The notes beneath the pieces are model-generated. The model made no database searches. It was not told the DNA's origin and saw nothing but the letters and a program-made list of their open reading frames with translations. Shown here one piece after another: positions 1 to 10,220 of a stretch of DNA of 64,000 nucleotides (its first letter is position 1; each line of letters opens with the position of its first letter). This DNA comes from Minisyncoccota bacterium (GTDB lineage Bacteria; Patescibacteriota; Minisyncoccia; Phycocordibacterales; JABAAK01). The stretch spans positions 41,241-105,240 of the forward strand of contig OY764332.1 in NCBI GenBank assembly GCA_963668425.1. The letters are read 5' to 3'. The translations under genes and the position numbers were made by a program.

Positions 1-3000
1 CATGAAAATTCAGTAACAAACCGTGTCCCACCAGTAAAGTGTTTTGCAATATCTCGCCTACGAATAAGTCCAACGCGGTTACGTCCGTCGTCTTCCGGAA
101 CATCACTCACCACAGGAGCAATAGTGTCTTGCGTTAATTTGATCGGCGCAGAGAACACGGTAGGAAGGCCGCCTGTTTGGACTTGAACGCAGATATAGTG
201 GTCACCGTCCTTGGTAAGTGATGTGGCAGTCGGAGCAGTAGCGCTATAGGTGGCAAAAGATGCATCACAGGAAGAAATAGCACCGGCAGAGTGTTTCATT
301 GCATAGGTAGCTGTTGTAGCGGGAAAGGTGACAGGAGCGGAGACAAAGGCGACGCTATTTTTTACCTCTTCCGTATTTATCCATCCATCTTCCGCATCAT
401 TTATAAGTTTTGATGGAGTTATGACAGTAATCACAGCATCGGTAACCGTAAGAGCGATTGTGATTTCGGTACTGTTCCCTGCCGCGTCAAATCCGGTAAC
501 AACGATTTTTGTGTTGCCTTTTGCGACACCTGTAATAATTAACGTTGTTAGTGATAAACTGGCGGTAGCAACCTCGGTCTCAGTGGGGCTTTCCGCGCTG
601 AAATGCACTGCTTCATCAGTAAACAGAGAAGTAGTGGCAATGGTTTCAGATCTGCCGGCAATCACAAAAAGGGTGCTGGGAGCATCCGCCGAAACAGAAG
701 GATCAGAAGTGTCACGCACTACCTTCAAAGGAGTGTGGTATGAAATGAGATTTGTTCCCTTCTTACTGCGAACACAAATATAGTGGTCACCGTCCTTGGC
801 AAGTGATGCAGCAGTCGGAGCAGTAGCGCTATAGGTGGCAAAAGATGCATCACAGGCAGAAATAGTGTTGGTAGAGTGTTTCACCGCGTACTCAGTCGTA
901 GTGGTAGGCGTGGTTACTGCCGCAGAGACAAGAGCGGTCGTATTCGTTGACTCATCCTCATTGATATACCCATCTTCTGCATCATTTATAAGCGTTACCG
1001 GTGTTGTAATGGTAATTGTGGATACGGTCACGTTGACTGTGAAGATGCCCCGTATGCTGTTTCCTGCTTGGTCAAATCCGGTAACTGTAATGGTAGAGGT
1101 GCCACTCGTGTTGCCAATTCCTGTGAGTGTAAGATTCGGTGACTCAAACGCGGTAGTGAGTATAGCAGTGTCTGAAGGAGTGCCAGCCGCGTATGTCACC
1201 GCATCATTTGAGAAAATGGTTGACAGATCAATGGTGACAGGAGTGATGGTATTGACCGCGTGGACAAGCTTTGCTCCTTGAGCAATGGTTGGCGCAACGG
1301 TATCACGAACAATCACAAGAGGGCTACTGTAGTGCGCATCGTATCTTTCTTTTTCCGCCCGAGCACAGAGTGAATACATGCCGTCTTTGGTAAGTGCTGT
1401 TGTGGTTGGAAGTGCTGATGCATATGTACCTGAGGAAGCGTCACAAATAGAAAGTGCATCGGTTGCATGGTAGTGCAATGCGTAGGTGATCGTTGTATCC
1501 TGAGTAGTTTCTGCGGCGGCGACAAGGGCAAATGCTGCTTTTCTCAGTTCAGAAGCATTCACATACCCATCAACAGCATCGTTTGCAAGTGCAGGTTGAC
1601 TGGTAAAGGTAAGTGTGAAGAGAGAGACGGTTACCGTTATCGTTGCTTCAGTGCTATTGCCGGCAGTGTCTGTTGCAGAAATGACAATGGTACTCTCCCC
1701 TTTTCCGACTGCATTAAAGGTAAGTTCTGGGGTGCTGAAGGAAGTGCTGATGACACTGCTATCACTTGGTGCTCCCACACTGTAGGTGACTGCGCCAGTG
1801 AAGATGTCGCTGAGATCAATGGTTCTTTCATCTTCAATGGTATGTGCATAGGTAAGAGGAGTATCTGCGACAATGCTAGGTGCGACGGTGTCTCTGACTA
1901 CTTTGAGTGGTGTGGTGTAGATGGTGATGTAGCCCTTCTTTTCAGAGAGCGCACAAAGGTAGTGATCGCCATCTTTGCTGAGATCTACTGCGGTAGGAAC
2001 CGTAGTGCTGTAGGTACCGAATGTTGCATCACATGTGGTGATAGCTGTACTTGAGTGTTTCACCGCATACTTTGCTATTGCTGCCGGAGTAGTAACAGGA
2101 GCGGAGACAAGCGCAGTCGTCTCTGTTGATTCTTTAAGCGTAATGAAGCCATCTGTCGCATCATTGAGTAGTGTTGGGGCTGTTTTTGCAGTAAGTGCGA
2201 GAGAGGAAACCTCAAGGGTAAGCGTAACGTCATGACTGTTCCCCGCACTGTCACGCCCTGTTACTACAATGCTGCTGGTACCGCTGTCAATAGGAGTAAT
2301 AGTGAGTGTTGGACTGGTAAAGGAGGCAGTAACAACATTGGTGTCTGTTGGGTCAGCAACGGCATATTCAGTAGCACCGGCAAAGAGTGTGTCTACAGAG
2401 ATGGTGGCAGGGGTGGTAACAGTAAGGGTGTAGGAGGTTTTTGCACCAATAGCGCTTTGCGGCGCAATGCTGTCACGAGTAACTTTCAGAGGAGTGGAGT
2501 ACAGAGGAGCATACTTAGTTTTTATAGCACGGATACAGATATAGTAGGTGCCATCACTGGTCAATGATGCTACTGTTGGACGAGTGCTGGTATATGTTCC
2601 AAAGTCCGCATCACACGTTGCAATTGCACTGGATGACTGTTTCAGAGCATAGGTAAATGCTACATCAGCATTAGCGCTAGTGGCAACAAGAGAAGTAGTG
2701 GCGCTACTCTCTTGAGCATTCACATACCCATCAACAGCATCGTTTGCAAGTGTAGGTTGACTGGTAAAGGTAAGTGTGAAGAGAGAGACGGTTACCGTTA
2801 TCGTTGCTTCAGTGCTATTGCCGGCAGTGTCTGTTGCAGAAATGACAATGGTACTCTCCCCTTTTCCGACTGCATTAAAGGTAAGTTCTGGGGTGCTGAA
2901 GGAAGTGCTGATGACACTGCTATCACTTGGTGCTCCCACACTGTAGGTGACTGCGCCAGTGAAGATGTCGCTGAGATCAATGGTTCTTTCATCTTCAATG

Positions 3001-6000
3001 GTATGTGCATAGGTAAGAGGAGTATCTGCGACAATGCTAGGTGCGACGGTGTCTCTGACTACTTTGAGTGGTGTGGTGTAGATGGTGATGTAGCCCTTCT
3101 TTTCAGAGAGCGCACAAAGGTAGTGATCGCCATCTTTGCTGAGATCTACTGCGGTAGGAACCGTAGTGCTGTAGGTACCGAATGTTGCATCACATGTGGT
3201 GATAGCTGTACTTGAGTGTTTCACCGCATACTTTGCTATTGCTGCCGGAGTAGTAACAGGAGCGGAGACAAGCGCAGTCGTCTCTGTTGATTCTTTAAGC
3301 GTAATGAAGCCATCTGTCGCATCATTGAGTAGTGTTGGGGCTGTTTTTGCAGTAAGTGCGAGAGAGGAAACCTCAAGGGTAAGCGTAACGTCATGACTGT
3401 TCCCCGCACTGTCACGCCCTGTTACTACAATGCTGCTGGTACCGCTGTCAATAGGAGTAATAGTGAGTGTTGGACTGGTAAAGGAGGCAGTAACAACATT
3501 GGTGTCTGTTGGGTCAGCAACGGCATATTCAGTAGCACCGGCAAAGAGTGTGTCTACAGAGATGGTGGCAGGGGTGGTAACAGTAAGGGTGTAGGAGGTT
3601 TTTGCAGAAGTGAGGAGCTCGGGAACAGTGGTATCGCGAACAAGGGTAACTGGTTCAGAGTATTGTGTAGTAAGCCCGGCAGTTGCAGCCATAACACAGA
3701 TATAGTAGGTGCCATCACTGGTCAATGATGCTACTGTTGGACGAGTGCTGGTATATGTTCCAAAGTCCGCATCACATGTTGTGATAGCGGTAGTAGATGT
3801 TTTTAGTGCGTATTGAACTTTTGCGAAGAAGGGCGAAACGATAGGAGCTGTAATCAGAGCACTCTTTTTAGTAGATTCTGGAGCGCTGATATACCCATCT
3901 GTTGCATCATTTGTAAGCACCGATTTGGTAATAAACTTAATACGAGAAGCAAAGACGACAACACTCACAACCTCAGAAACTGAATTACCTGCCACATCAT
4001 GTCCGGTGATCTCAACTGTGGCAGACCCTTCATCAATACCGCTGATATGCAACATGTCTAATGAAGAAATGGAGGCACTTATCACCCTTTCGTCACTTGG
4101 TGTCCCTACTGTGTAGCGAACCGCATCATTAAAGACATCAGTGAGAGGGAGAGTAACGGGTGTCCCAGTGGTAATGGCGTAGGAAAGAGTAGCATCAGGC
4201 ACAATAGTAGGTATCACCGTGTCCCGACGAATACGACGCGGAGGAAGATACTCAACTGCATCCACATCACCAGAGAGGCGACGAGTACCACGAACACAAA
4301 GATAGTAATCACCGTCTTGTTTGAGATCTGTAATGCGAGGAAGAGCCGCCTTAAACAAAGTAGAAAATCCAGTTTCGCAGGAAGTAATAGGATCGGCTGA
4401 GTGCTTGAGTGCATACGCAACAGTGGTATTAGGAGAAAAAGGTTTTACTGCAGCAAGGAGTGTGTTACTTGAACGAGATTCCTCAAGGGAGATATACCTA
4501 TCTGATGCCTCAGAAGAAAGTGGTAGTGACGAAGAGCGTCCATACACCTCCACTATTCCTGTGTTCCCTTCTCTGTCTGCAAAAAAGAAACAAAGCGTTC
4601 TTCCTATGAGAGAAACAGCATGTTCTGGAGTCGCACTAAGAGTAAGCGCGCGCGACACAGAGGCAATACCCTCAAAGGAGGTAGTAGTATCAGAAAATTC
4701 TGAAACGGTAGCAGGACATGTTGTGTATGTAGGAACAACGTCAATAAGTAAGCGATCCACTCCTGTTCCTATTGTAGTACCACCATCAAACGTATCCGTA
4801 GACGTGACATATATTGTATCGGAAAACACATTGTTATACAGCCCAGAAGTGCGCGAACCATTTGCAGGGGCTCTATATGCAGCTGTAAAGGTGTCAGATT
4901 TTAGACCGCTGGTTTGCAGTCCTTCAGCTTTTCCGTTCTCTTGATATATTATTATTGACGGAGCGCTGGTATCCTCATCATCAAGGAATGACTCAGGAAA
5001 AGTCACTGCTGTCTCAAATGCTATGACTTCATTTTCTGCAATATCACGCAATGGCGCAATAGAAGGGGGTGTGTAGGAGAGGCGAAGAGCGCCTCTTGTA
5101 CCCCAATGCACTGAAAGAGGTAGTGTTACCGTATTACCAGAAATAGCAACAGAGGTAAGGTAGGAAACCGCAGATCCATCAAGTGCACGAGCAGTGTGAT
5201 TTAAGGAGAATGCGGAAACAGAAGGAGAAGTAGTAGTCAGTGGTTCACTAAAGGTAAGTGTAATAGCGGAGCTATCTTCTGCAAGGGTTGCGCGCTCAAG
5301 AGTAGGAATAGTTGTATCAATAGTACCAAAAGGGATGGCGGCACTCTCTAGTACAGGAGGTGTGGGGGTGTTGTCATTACCATCCTCAACAAGTATGCAA
5401 AATGTGTGCCTAGAAAGATCTGTAGTAATCTCTACAACTGCCTCTGTGGGAAGAGAGGCGTACTTTGAAGAAAGTACTATCTCTCCCGTGGTAAGAGTGC
5501 CGTCCTTGAGCGCAGTAGCAGAAGGACACGTGTCATCCTCAGGGATAAGTGCAGCAATAACCTGATCAACACCTGAAACAAGCACTTCCCCAGAGACCCT
5601 ATCACGAACAACGACATAGAAAGTTTGCTCTGCTCGTACAGGAATTTTTTTAACAATCTCTCCTGCTACAGAAGAGTAAAAAAGGTGGTCTGTAGACACC
5701 CCTTCTTTCTGTAGTCCGGCACGACGAGCACTTTCGGCATAGATACGAACTTCAGGCGCTATGGTATCAGAAGAAGGTGTTGCCACATCCTCAATGAGAA
5801 TGGTAAAGCTTCCTACACGCGCACCGCTTGTATTCTGTAGTGTTGTGCCCGAAGAAGGGGCGGTATATGTAAGCGTTACCGTATCACCAAACGTCCAATA
5901 TGTACGTAGAGGGAGTGATATGATTGATCCATCAACTGTAATAGCGCCATCAGGGTCAATGTGAGACACGCTCTCACCTTCACCATCAATTGCAGTAACA

Positions 6001-9000
6001 CTCAAAGAAAAGGCAGAGCTAAGTAATGCTGAAACAGCACTCTCAGGAGCAATATCTTCTTTAAACGAAAGCACGATACGATCTCCTGAAGGAGGAATCT
6101 CTGCGCCGGTAGCAGAGAACATATCTGTTGCTTTGAAAATAAAGGAGCTTGTAGTACTTCTTCCAAAGGCGTCAGTTGCGCGCACATCTACAATGACAGA
6201 GATAGGACTGAGAAAACGGATAGCTAATAACGAGTTTTCGGTAATAGTGTGAATCTGTACGGCACTATCCAAACGTACAGAAGAATCAGATGAGCGAAGC
6301 GTGACGGCATATGTAATCGGAGAAGTATCTTCAAAGAAATTGGCGAGCTGAGCATATCCAGTGTCTACTTGTGCCGAAGAAAGTAATTTTGAATGTTCTG
6401 GAATAGGGTCAACGACAAGACGAGGCGCGCTAAGATCAATGGCAACAGGGATATCAGAGACACGCACAGCAATGTTCCCTACGCGATCTTGAAGAACACG
6501 ACAAAGGTACTTACCATTCTGTGACTCATCAGGCACTTGAGGAATCTCGGTTGTAACACTGCCAGTAAGCCAAGCACCTTCGCCCTCTATCGAGCTGTGC
6601 AATGGGAGAAATGATGCGGTGTCAATAGTAGCAATACAATCACCCGGATCTGCAACAAATCCGTACACGTTATGAGACCATACACCGCTGCCAACATCCA
6701 TTACCTCTCCTGCATCTGTTGCAGGAAGAGTCGTGCCCGACACGCCACTGTTCAACCCAACAATACTTGGAAACGCGGGATTGCTTGGTGCCGACTTGTC
6801 AGCCCCAAACCGAAAAATAAAATGTGGTTGATTACCGATATCATTTCCTGTAAGGATTAACACTTCTTTACGTTGCGAACTTGACTTACCTGTTTCCAAG
6901 ACAAACTGAAAGCCACCATTACCGAGAGCTTCACGGGAAGAAGGGACGACGCGACACTCATCACAGCGAGAAAGATCAATAGTTAGAGCGTGAGGGGAGA
7001 CAGGGTCAGTAATCAAAACGGTGAGGTGCTCAGCAGTAGTCCATTCTCCATTAACAAATACTTCCCCGTCTGGCAAGGTTACCTCTGCGGTAAGTGTGGA
7101 GGAGCGGATGGGGATGATACGGGATTGCGTATATGATATATTCCCTGCATTATCAGCAACTTCATAACAGACCCTCTTATTATTTCGAGCATACACCATG
7201 TAGGCAGGAGTAGTAAATTGTGCACGTGTATCGGAGGAAATATCCTGCTTATCATCAAACCTCTCTGTGGTGCTGTCACATCTATCGGAAGCATCAATAA
7301 GAGCCACACGATAGTATGAGAGCCCTGAGGTGGTATCCTCAAACACTGCGGTTATATCGTGTGACAGTGCTGTAGCAGAAGGCGCGCTAACGTCTGAAAT
7401 GGTAGGAGATTTGGTGTCACGAAGCATTATAAGGGGTCCAAAAAATGAAGGTGGGAAATTGCCTTTAAATACCTGCACGCAGAGAGAATACGTACCATCC
7501 GTTGAAAACGACAATGCGCTTGGAGGAGTGTGCTGATAGGTGCCAGAGGAGAGAGCGCATTCTTCCGGTGGAGTGGAGGAAGGAATAACCGCATACGTGA
7601 TAGTAGGAGAAGCAACGTGTGTGGCAATCCCGCCAATAATTGCTTGTCCGGAATCTGATTCTGAGTTTTTAATAAATCCATCAGAGGCAACACCAAGCAA
7701 CCGTGGTGGCATCTTGAACAACACATCGGAAGATACAGCAATGCGTAACGGAGCAGAATAGACAGGACTAAGAGGTGAGTTTGCAGCTTTAACACAAAGG
7801 TAATAGATGCCGTCAGAAACGAAAGAGACAGCATTTGGAACGGTTTCTTTGTATGTGCCTGTGGAAGCAGTGCAGGTTGTCACAGGAGTGGTTGAGAGAA
7901 CCATTGCGTATGAAAAGGCGGTAGATTCCAATGAAACAACGATGCCGTTAATCACCGGATCTTCACTAAAGCGCTCTGCAAGAGTAATTTTGCCGTCAGA
8001 GGCAACACCACTGAGACGTGGCTCTTTTGTGATAACAATTTCAGAGGAAACAACAAGAGAAAGCTGGCGGGTAGTAGTGTTCCCTGCAACATCAGCTGCC
8101 TGTATTGATACAGATGTTTTTCCTTCCTTTAGAGCGGCAAAAGAAAGAGTGGTGCCATCATCTGAGAGTGACACAGTGGCAATTTCACTATCCTCCACTG
8201 AAGAAAGAGTGAAGTGAGAAGGAGTGGATTCTTTGACAAAGAACTTATGAGGAGAGAGGGTGAAGGAACCCCCTTTCGCCATAGCGACTTGAGAGGAACG
8301 AGCGGTTTTCTTTGGAGCGGTAGTATCTCTCATTATGAAAAATCGAGGTGCATGCCATGTAACAAACCCCGGTTTTGAAAACTCAATACATAGCGCAACG
8401 AGTCCGTTTTTAGTTATGCTGGTAGTGGTAGGGATGTCGGTGCTATATTGATGGTTACTGGACCTTACAAAAGAACACGAAGCGTTTCTATCAGTGCGGG
8501 AGTTAACACTTGAAGCCCTAAAGCGAACAGTAACCCCTTCAGTATCTGCCTTCCCTGAAGTTAGTAGAGGAAGATCAGCGACAACATCAGCAGTACTAAT
8601 ATACCCATCAGCAACGACAGGAGTAAGCGCAGGGTGTTCAGCAATGACAACACGAGGAGCCGTAACAAAAATTGAAATTCTCCTCTTGCTTCTACCAGGA
8701 TTACCGGCAATATCAGTTGCTGCAATCTCCAAAACTGCAGTCCCTAATTGTGAAGAAGGAAGGGCGGCAAGCGTGAGCTGTGACCCAACAAGTGAGATGG
8801 TAACTCTGGCACTCCCCGAAAGCTGCACTACCTTGAAAGTGGATGGCTCGTTAAATTCTCCTGAAATATCAAAAGAAATGGTATCCCCTTTTTCTACACT
8901 ATAGCGTGAAAGAAGTTTCTGCACGGATTGTGGATGCACTGAGTCAAGAATAATCTTGAGAGGTTGAGAATAGGCAGGAGCATACCCTTTCTGAGAGGCA

Positions 9001-9980
9001 CGAGCGCAGAGGTAGTATGTACCACCCTCTTCGTCAACAATTGGAGTAAGAAAATGAGGGGTAGGAACACGAAACTGATATATACTAATCCCCTCATCGC
9101 ACTCAGTAATCTCAGAAGGAGAATAGTGTATGGCATATGCAAACGCTGCCCCTGAAGAAGAGGCAGTGGGAGCTCTCATAAGAGGGATATTTCGTTGTAG
9201 CCGCTCTGCCGCATTGATATACCCATCAGCAGCGCTGTTAATAAGGGTGGGTTGGGTGGTAATAGAGAGTTTGGGGAGAAGAGAGAGTATCTGTACGGTA
9301 AACGTGGCAGTAGCACTATTCCCCGCTTTGTCAGAAGCAGATACTTTAACGGTTGTATTTCCGGGCTTGATCCCCTTCAAAAGAAGACCTCGAGGTGCGA
9401 TGGAGGCAGAGACAAGCGCAGGGTTTGCCGGCGCTGAAACAGTAAATTTTAACGAGTTACCCTCGGAAAAAGCATTTTTTATAGGGATAACGGAAGAAGC
9501 ATTAGCATGAACACTGTGACGCAAGTCACTCCACAGAAGATTTGGTGACAGGATGTCTCTCTTTATAGCATGCGGACGAGAGATGTATAGAGTTTCTGCC
9601 CCCTGTTTACGAAACCGAACACAGACAAAATACACACCGTCACCTTCAAGGCCTCTGAAAAGATTTATGGTAGTAGGCACAGAAGCACTATAGTTAGTGA
9701 GCGTGCTACAGTTGATAAACGTGGTACTAGGACTTGGAGATTTTTGTACAGCATATTCAACCGTCACTCCGTTGGTTGCGACAACCGGCGTAGAGAGTAA
9801 AATCTTATTTGACAAAATCTCTGACCGGTTGATATACCCATCTTCTGCGGGACCGGTAAGTTCTGCATGGGTAGTAACAACAATGCTTTCAGGAGATTGG
9901 GCAAAGGCAATAAGAGAGAAGCTGCCAAGAGCGCACAGTAACAATACAAAAAACAATGTAAATGTGTGTTTATACCCCAT
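1..9980 (-). CDS. Giant (>3,300 aa, 3'-partial) secreted/surface repeat protein with alternating Cys-pair 'DGYI' modules and Ig/cadherin-like modules
   Basis: ATG at 9980 reads MGYKHTFTLFFVLLLCALGSFSLIAFAQ (signal peptide). The same frame is open at the left edge (...DGDHYICVQVQTGGLPTVFSAPIKLTQDTIAP...FVTEFS). At least 13 DG[YFWK][IV]-like motifs, many ~580-600 bp apart, each followed by YA..C and YxC[VA], plus D-x-AGN motifs. Absent from the ORF track, consistent with no in-window stop; not every codon was checked. Confidence 0.88.
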   Translation of the reverse strand, partial: MGYKHTFTLFFVLLLCALGSFSLIAFAQSPESIVVTTHAELTGPAEDGYINRSEILSNKILLSTPVVATNGVTVEYAVQKSPSPSTTFINCSTLTNYSASVPTTINLFRGLEGDGVYFVCVRFRKQGAETLYISRPHAIKRDILSPNLLWSDLRHSVHANASSVIPIKNAFSEGNSLKFTVSAPANPALVSASIAPRGLLLKGIKPGNTTVKVSASDKAGNSATATFTVQILSLLPKLSITTQPTLINSAADGYINAAERLQRNIPLMRAPTASSSGAAFAYAIHYSPSEITECDEGISIYQFRVPTPHFLTPIVDEEGGTYYLCARASQKGYAPAYSQPLKIILDSVHPQSVQKLLSRYSVEKGDTISFDISGEFNEPSTFKVVQLSGSARVTISLVGSQLTLAALPSSQLGTAVLEIAATDIAGNPGRSKRRISIFVTAPRVVIAEHPALTPVVADGYISTADVVADLPLLTSGKADTEGVTVRFRASSVNSRTDRNASCSFVRSSNHQYSTDIPTTTSITKNGLVALCIEFSKPGFVTWHAPRFFIMRDTTAPKKTARSSQVAMAKGGSFTLSPHKFFVKESTPSHFTLSSVEDSEIATVSLSDDGTTLSFAALKEGKTSVSIQAADVAGNTTTRQLSLVVSSEIVITKEPRLSGVASDGKITLAERFSEDPVINGIVVSLESTAFSYAMVLSTTPVTTCTASTGTYKETVPNAVSFVSDGIYYLCVKAANSPLSPVYSAPLRIAVSSDVLFKMPPRLLGVASDGFIKNSESDSGQAIIGGIATHVASPTITYAVIPSSTPPEECALSSGTYQHTPPSALSFSTDGTYSLCVQVFKGNFPPSFFGPLIMLRDTKSPTISDVSAPSATALSHDITAVFEDTTSGLSYYRVALIDASDRCDSTTERFDDKQDISSDTRAQFTTPAYMVYARNNKRVCYEVADNAGNISYTQSRIIPIRSSTLTAEVTLPDGEVFVNGEWTTAEHLTVLITDPVSPHALTIDLSRCDECRVVPSSREALGNGGFQFVLETGKSSSQRKEVLILTGNDIGNQPHFIFRFGADKSAPSNPAFPSIVGLNSGVSGTTLPATDAGEVMDVGSGVWSHNVYGFVADPGDCIATIDTASFLPLHSSIEGEGAWLTGSVTTEIPQVPDESQNGKYLCRVLQDRVGNIAVRVSDIPVAIDLSAPRLVVDPIPEHSKLLSSAQVDTGYAQLANFFEDTSPITYAVTLRSSDSSVRLDSAVQIHTITENSLLAIRFLSPISVIVDVRATDAFGRSTTSSFIFKATDMFSATGAEIPPSGDRIVLSFKEDIAPESAVSALLSSAFSLSVTAIDGEGESVSHIDPDGAITVDGSIISLPLRTYWTFGDTVTLTYTAPSSGTTLQNTSGARVGSFTILIEDVATPSSDTIAPEVRIYAESARRAGLQKEGVSTDHLFYSSVAGEIVKKIPVRAEQTFYVVVRDRVSGEVLVSGVDQVIAALIPEDDTCPSATALKDGTLTTGEIVLSSKYASLPTEAVVEITTDLSRHTFCILVEDGNDNTPTPPVLESAAIPFGTIDTTIPTLERATLAEDSSAITLTFSEPLTTTSPSVSAFSLNHTARALDGSAVSYLTSVAISGNTVTLPLSVHWGTRGALRLSYTPPSIAPLRDIAENEVIAFETAVTFPESFLDDEDTSAPSIIIYQENGKAEGLQTSGLKSDTFTAAYRAPANGSRTSGLYNNVFSDTIYVTSTDTFDGGTTIGTGVDRLLIDVVPTYTTCPATVSEFSDTTTSFEGIASVSRALTLSATPEHAVSLIGRTLCFFFADREGNTGIVEVYGRSSSLPLSSEASDRYISLEESRSSNTLLAAVKPFSPNTTVAYALKHSADPITSCETGFSTLFKAALPRITDLKQDGDYYLCVRGTRRLSGDVDAVEYLPPRRIRRDTVIPTIVPDATLSYAITTGTPVTLPLTDVFNDAVRYTVGTPSDERVISASISSLDMLHISGIDEGSATVEITGHDVAGNSVSEVVSVVVFASRIKFITKSVLTNDATDGYISAPESTKKSALITAPIVSPFFAKVQYALKTSTTAITTCDADFGTYTSTRPTVASLTSDGTYYICVMAATAGLTTQYSEPVTLVRDTTVPELLTSAKTSYTLTVTTPATISVDTLFAGATEYAVADPTDTNVVTASFTSPTLTITPIDSGTSSIVVTGRDSAGNSHDVTLTLEVSSLALTAKTAPTLLNDATDGFITLKESTETTALVSAPVTTPAAIAKYAVKHSSTAITTCDATFGTYSTTVPTAVDLSKDGDHYLCALSEKKGYITIYTTPLKVVRDTVAPSIVADTPLTYAHTIEDERTIDLSDIFTGAVTYSVGAPSDSSVISTSFSTPELTFNAVGKGESTIVISATDTAGNSTEATITVTVSLFTLTFTSQPTLANDAVDGYVNAQESSATTSLVATSANADVAFTYALKQSSSAIATCDADFGTYTSTRPTVASLTSDGTYYICIRAIKTKYAPLYSTPLKVTRDSIAPQSAIGAKTSYTLTVTTPATISVDTLFAGATEYAVADPTDTNVVTASFTSPTLTITPIDSGTSSIVVTGRDSAGNSHDVTLTLEVSSLALTAKTAPTLLNDATDGFITLKESTETTALVSAPVTTPAAIAKYAVKHSSTAITTCDATFGTYSTTVPTAVDLSKDGDHYLCALSEKKGYITIYTTPLKVVRDTVAPSIVADTPLTYAHTIEDERTIDLSDIFTGAVTYSVGAPSDSSVISTSFSTPELTFNAVGKGESTIVISATDTAGNSTEATITVTVSLFTLTFTSQPALANDAVDGYVNASELRKAAFALVAAAETTQDTTITYALHYHATDALSICDASSGTYASALPTTTALTKDGMYSLCARAEKERYDAHYSSPLVIVRDTVAPTIAQGAKLVHAVNTITPVTIDLSTIFSNDAVTYAAGTPSDTAILTTAFESPNLTLTGIGNTSGTSTITVTGFDQAGNSIRGIFTVNVTVSTITITTPVTLINDAEDGYINEDESTNTTALVSAAVTTPTTTTEYAVKHSTNTISACDASFATYSATAPTAASLAKDGDHYICVRSKKGTNLISYHTPLKVVRDTSDPSVSADAPSTLFVIAGRSETIATTSLFTDEAVHFSAESPTETEVATASLSLTTLIITGVAKGNTKIVVTGFDAAGNSTEITIALTVTDAVITVITPSKLINDAEDGWINTEEVKNSVAFVSAPVTFPATTATYAMKHSAGAISSCDASFATYSATAPTATSLTKDGDHYICVQVQTGGLPTVFSAPIKLTQDTIAPVVSDVPEDDGRNRVGLIRRRDIAKHFTGGTRFVTEFS
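1554..3777. repeat. Intragenic tandem duplication, period 1161 bp (387 codons)
   Basis: 1554-2445 is almost identical to 2715-3606 (one substitution noticed), and ~2535-2615 matches ~3696-3776. Identical shadow ORFs in the track are offset by 1161. Confidence 0.95.
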
Positions 9981-10106
9981 ACAAAAGAAGGAACTATTTC
10001 AAGTGTAGCATGTACTGAAAGAGAGATTAAAAAAAACGGATGTGGAAAACTGCATATGTGCCATCTGACTCCCCTTCTTTTTTGTTAGGTTAGGGATTGG
10101 TGCAAA

Positions 10107-10136
10107 AAAACACACCTCGTAAAAGAGGTGTGTTTT
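10107..10136. terminator. Intrinsic terminator-like hairpin
   Basis: aaaacacacctc-gtaaaa-gaggtgtgtttt, downstream of the 731-aa minus-strand gene. Confidence 0.7.
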
Positions 10137-10220
10137 AACTTTAACCTTCACGTAGTGCTGATAGGATTAGTGAGGGTTAAGGAGGAATAGGAAATCCCCT
10201 CCCCCTTACCTTTCAGGTGC

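Noticed and set aside
328-10008. Dozens of short plus- and minus-strand ORFs in the track
   Set aside because: Shadow frames of the giant minus-strand gene; they duplicate along with its repeats and show no motifs.
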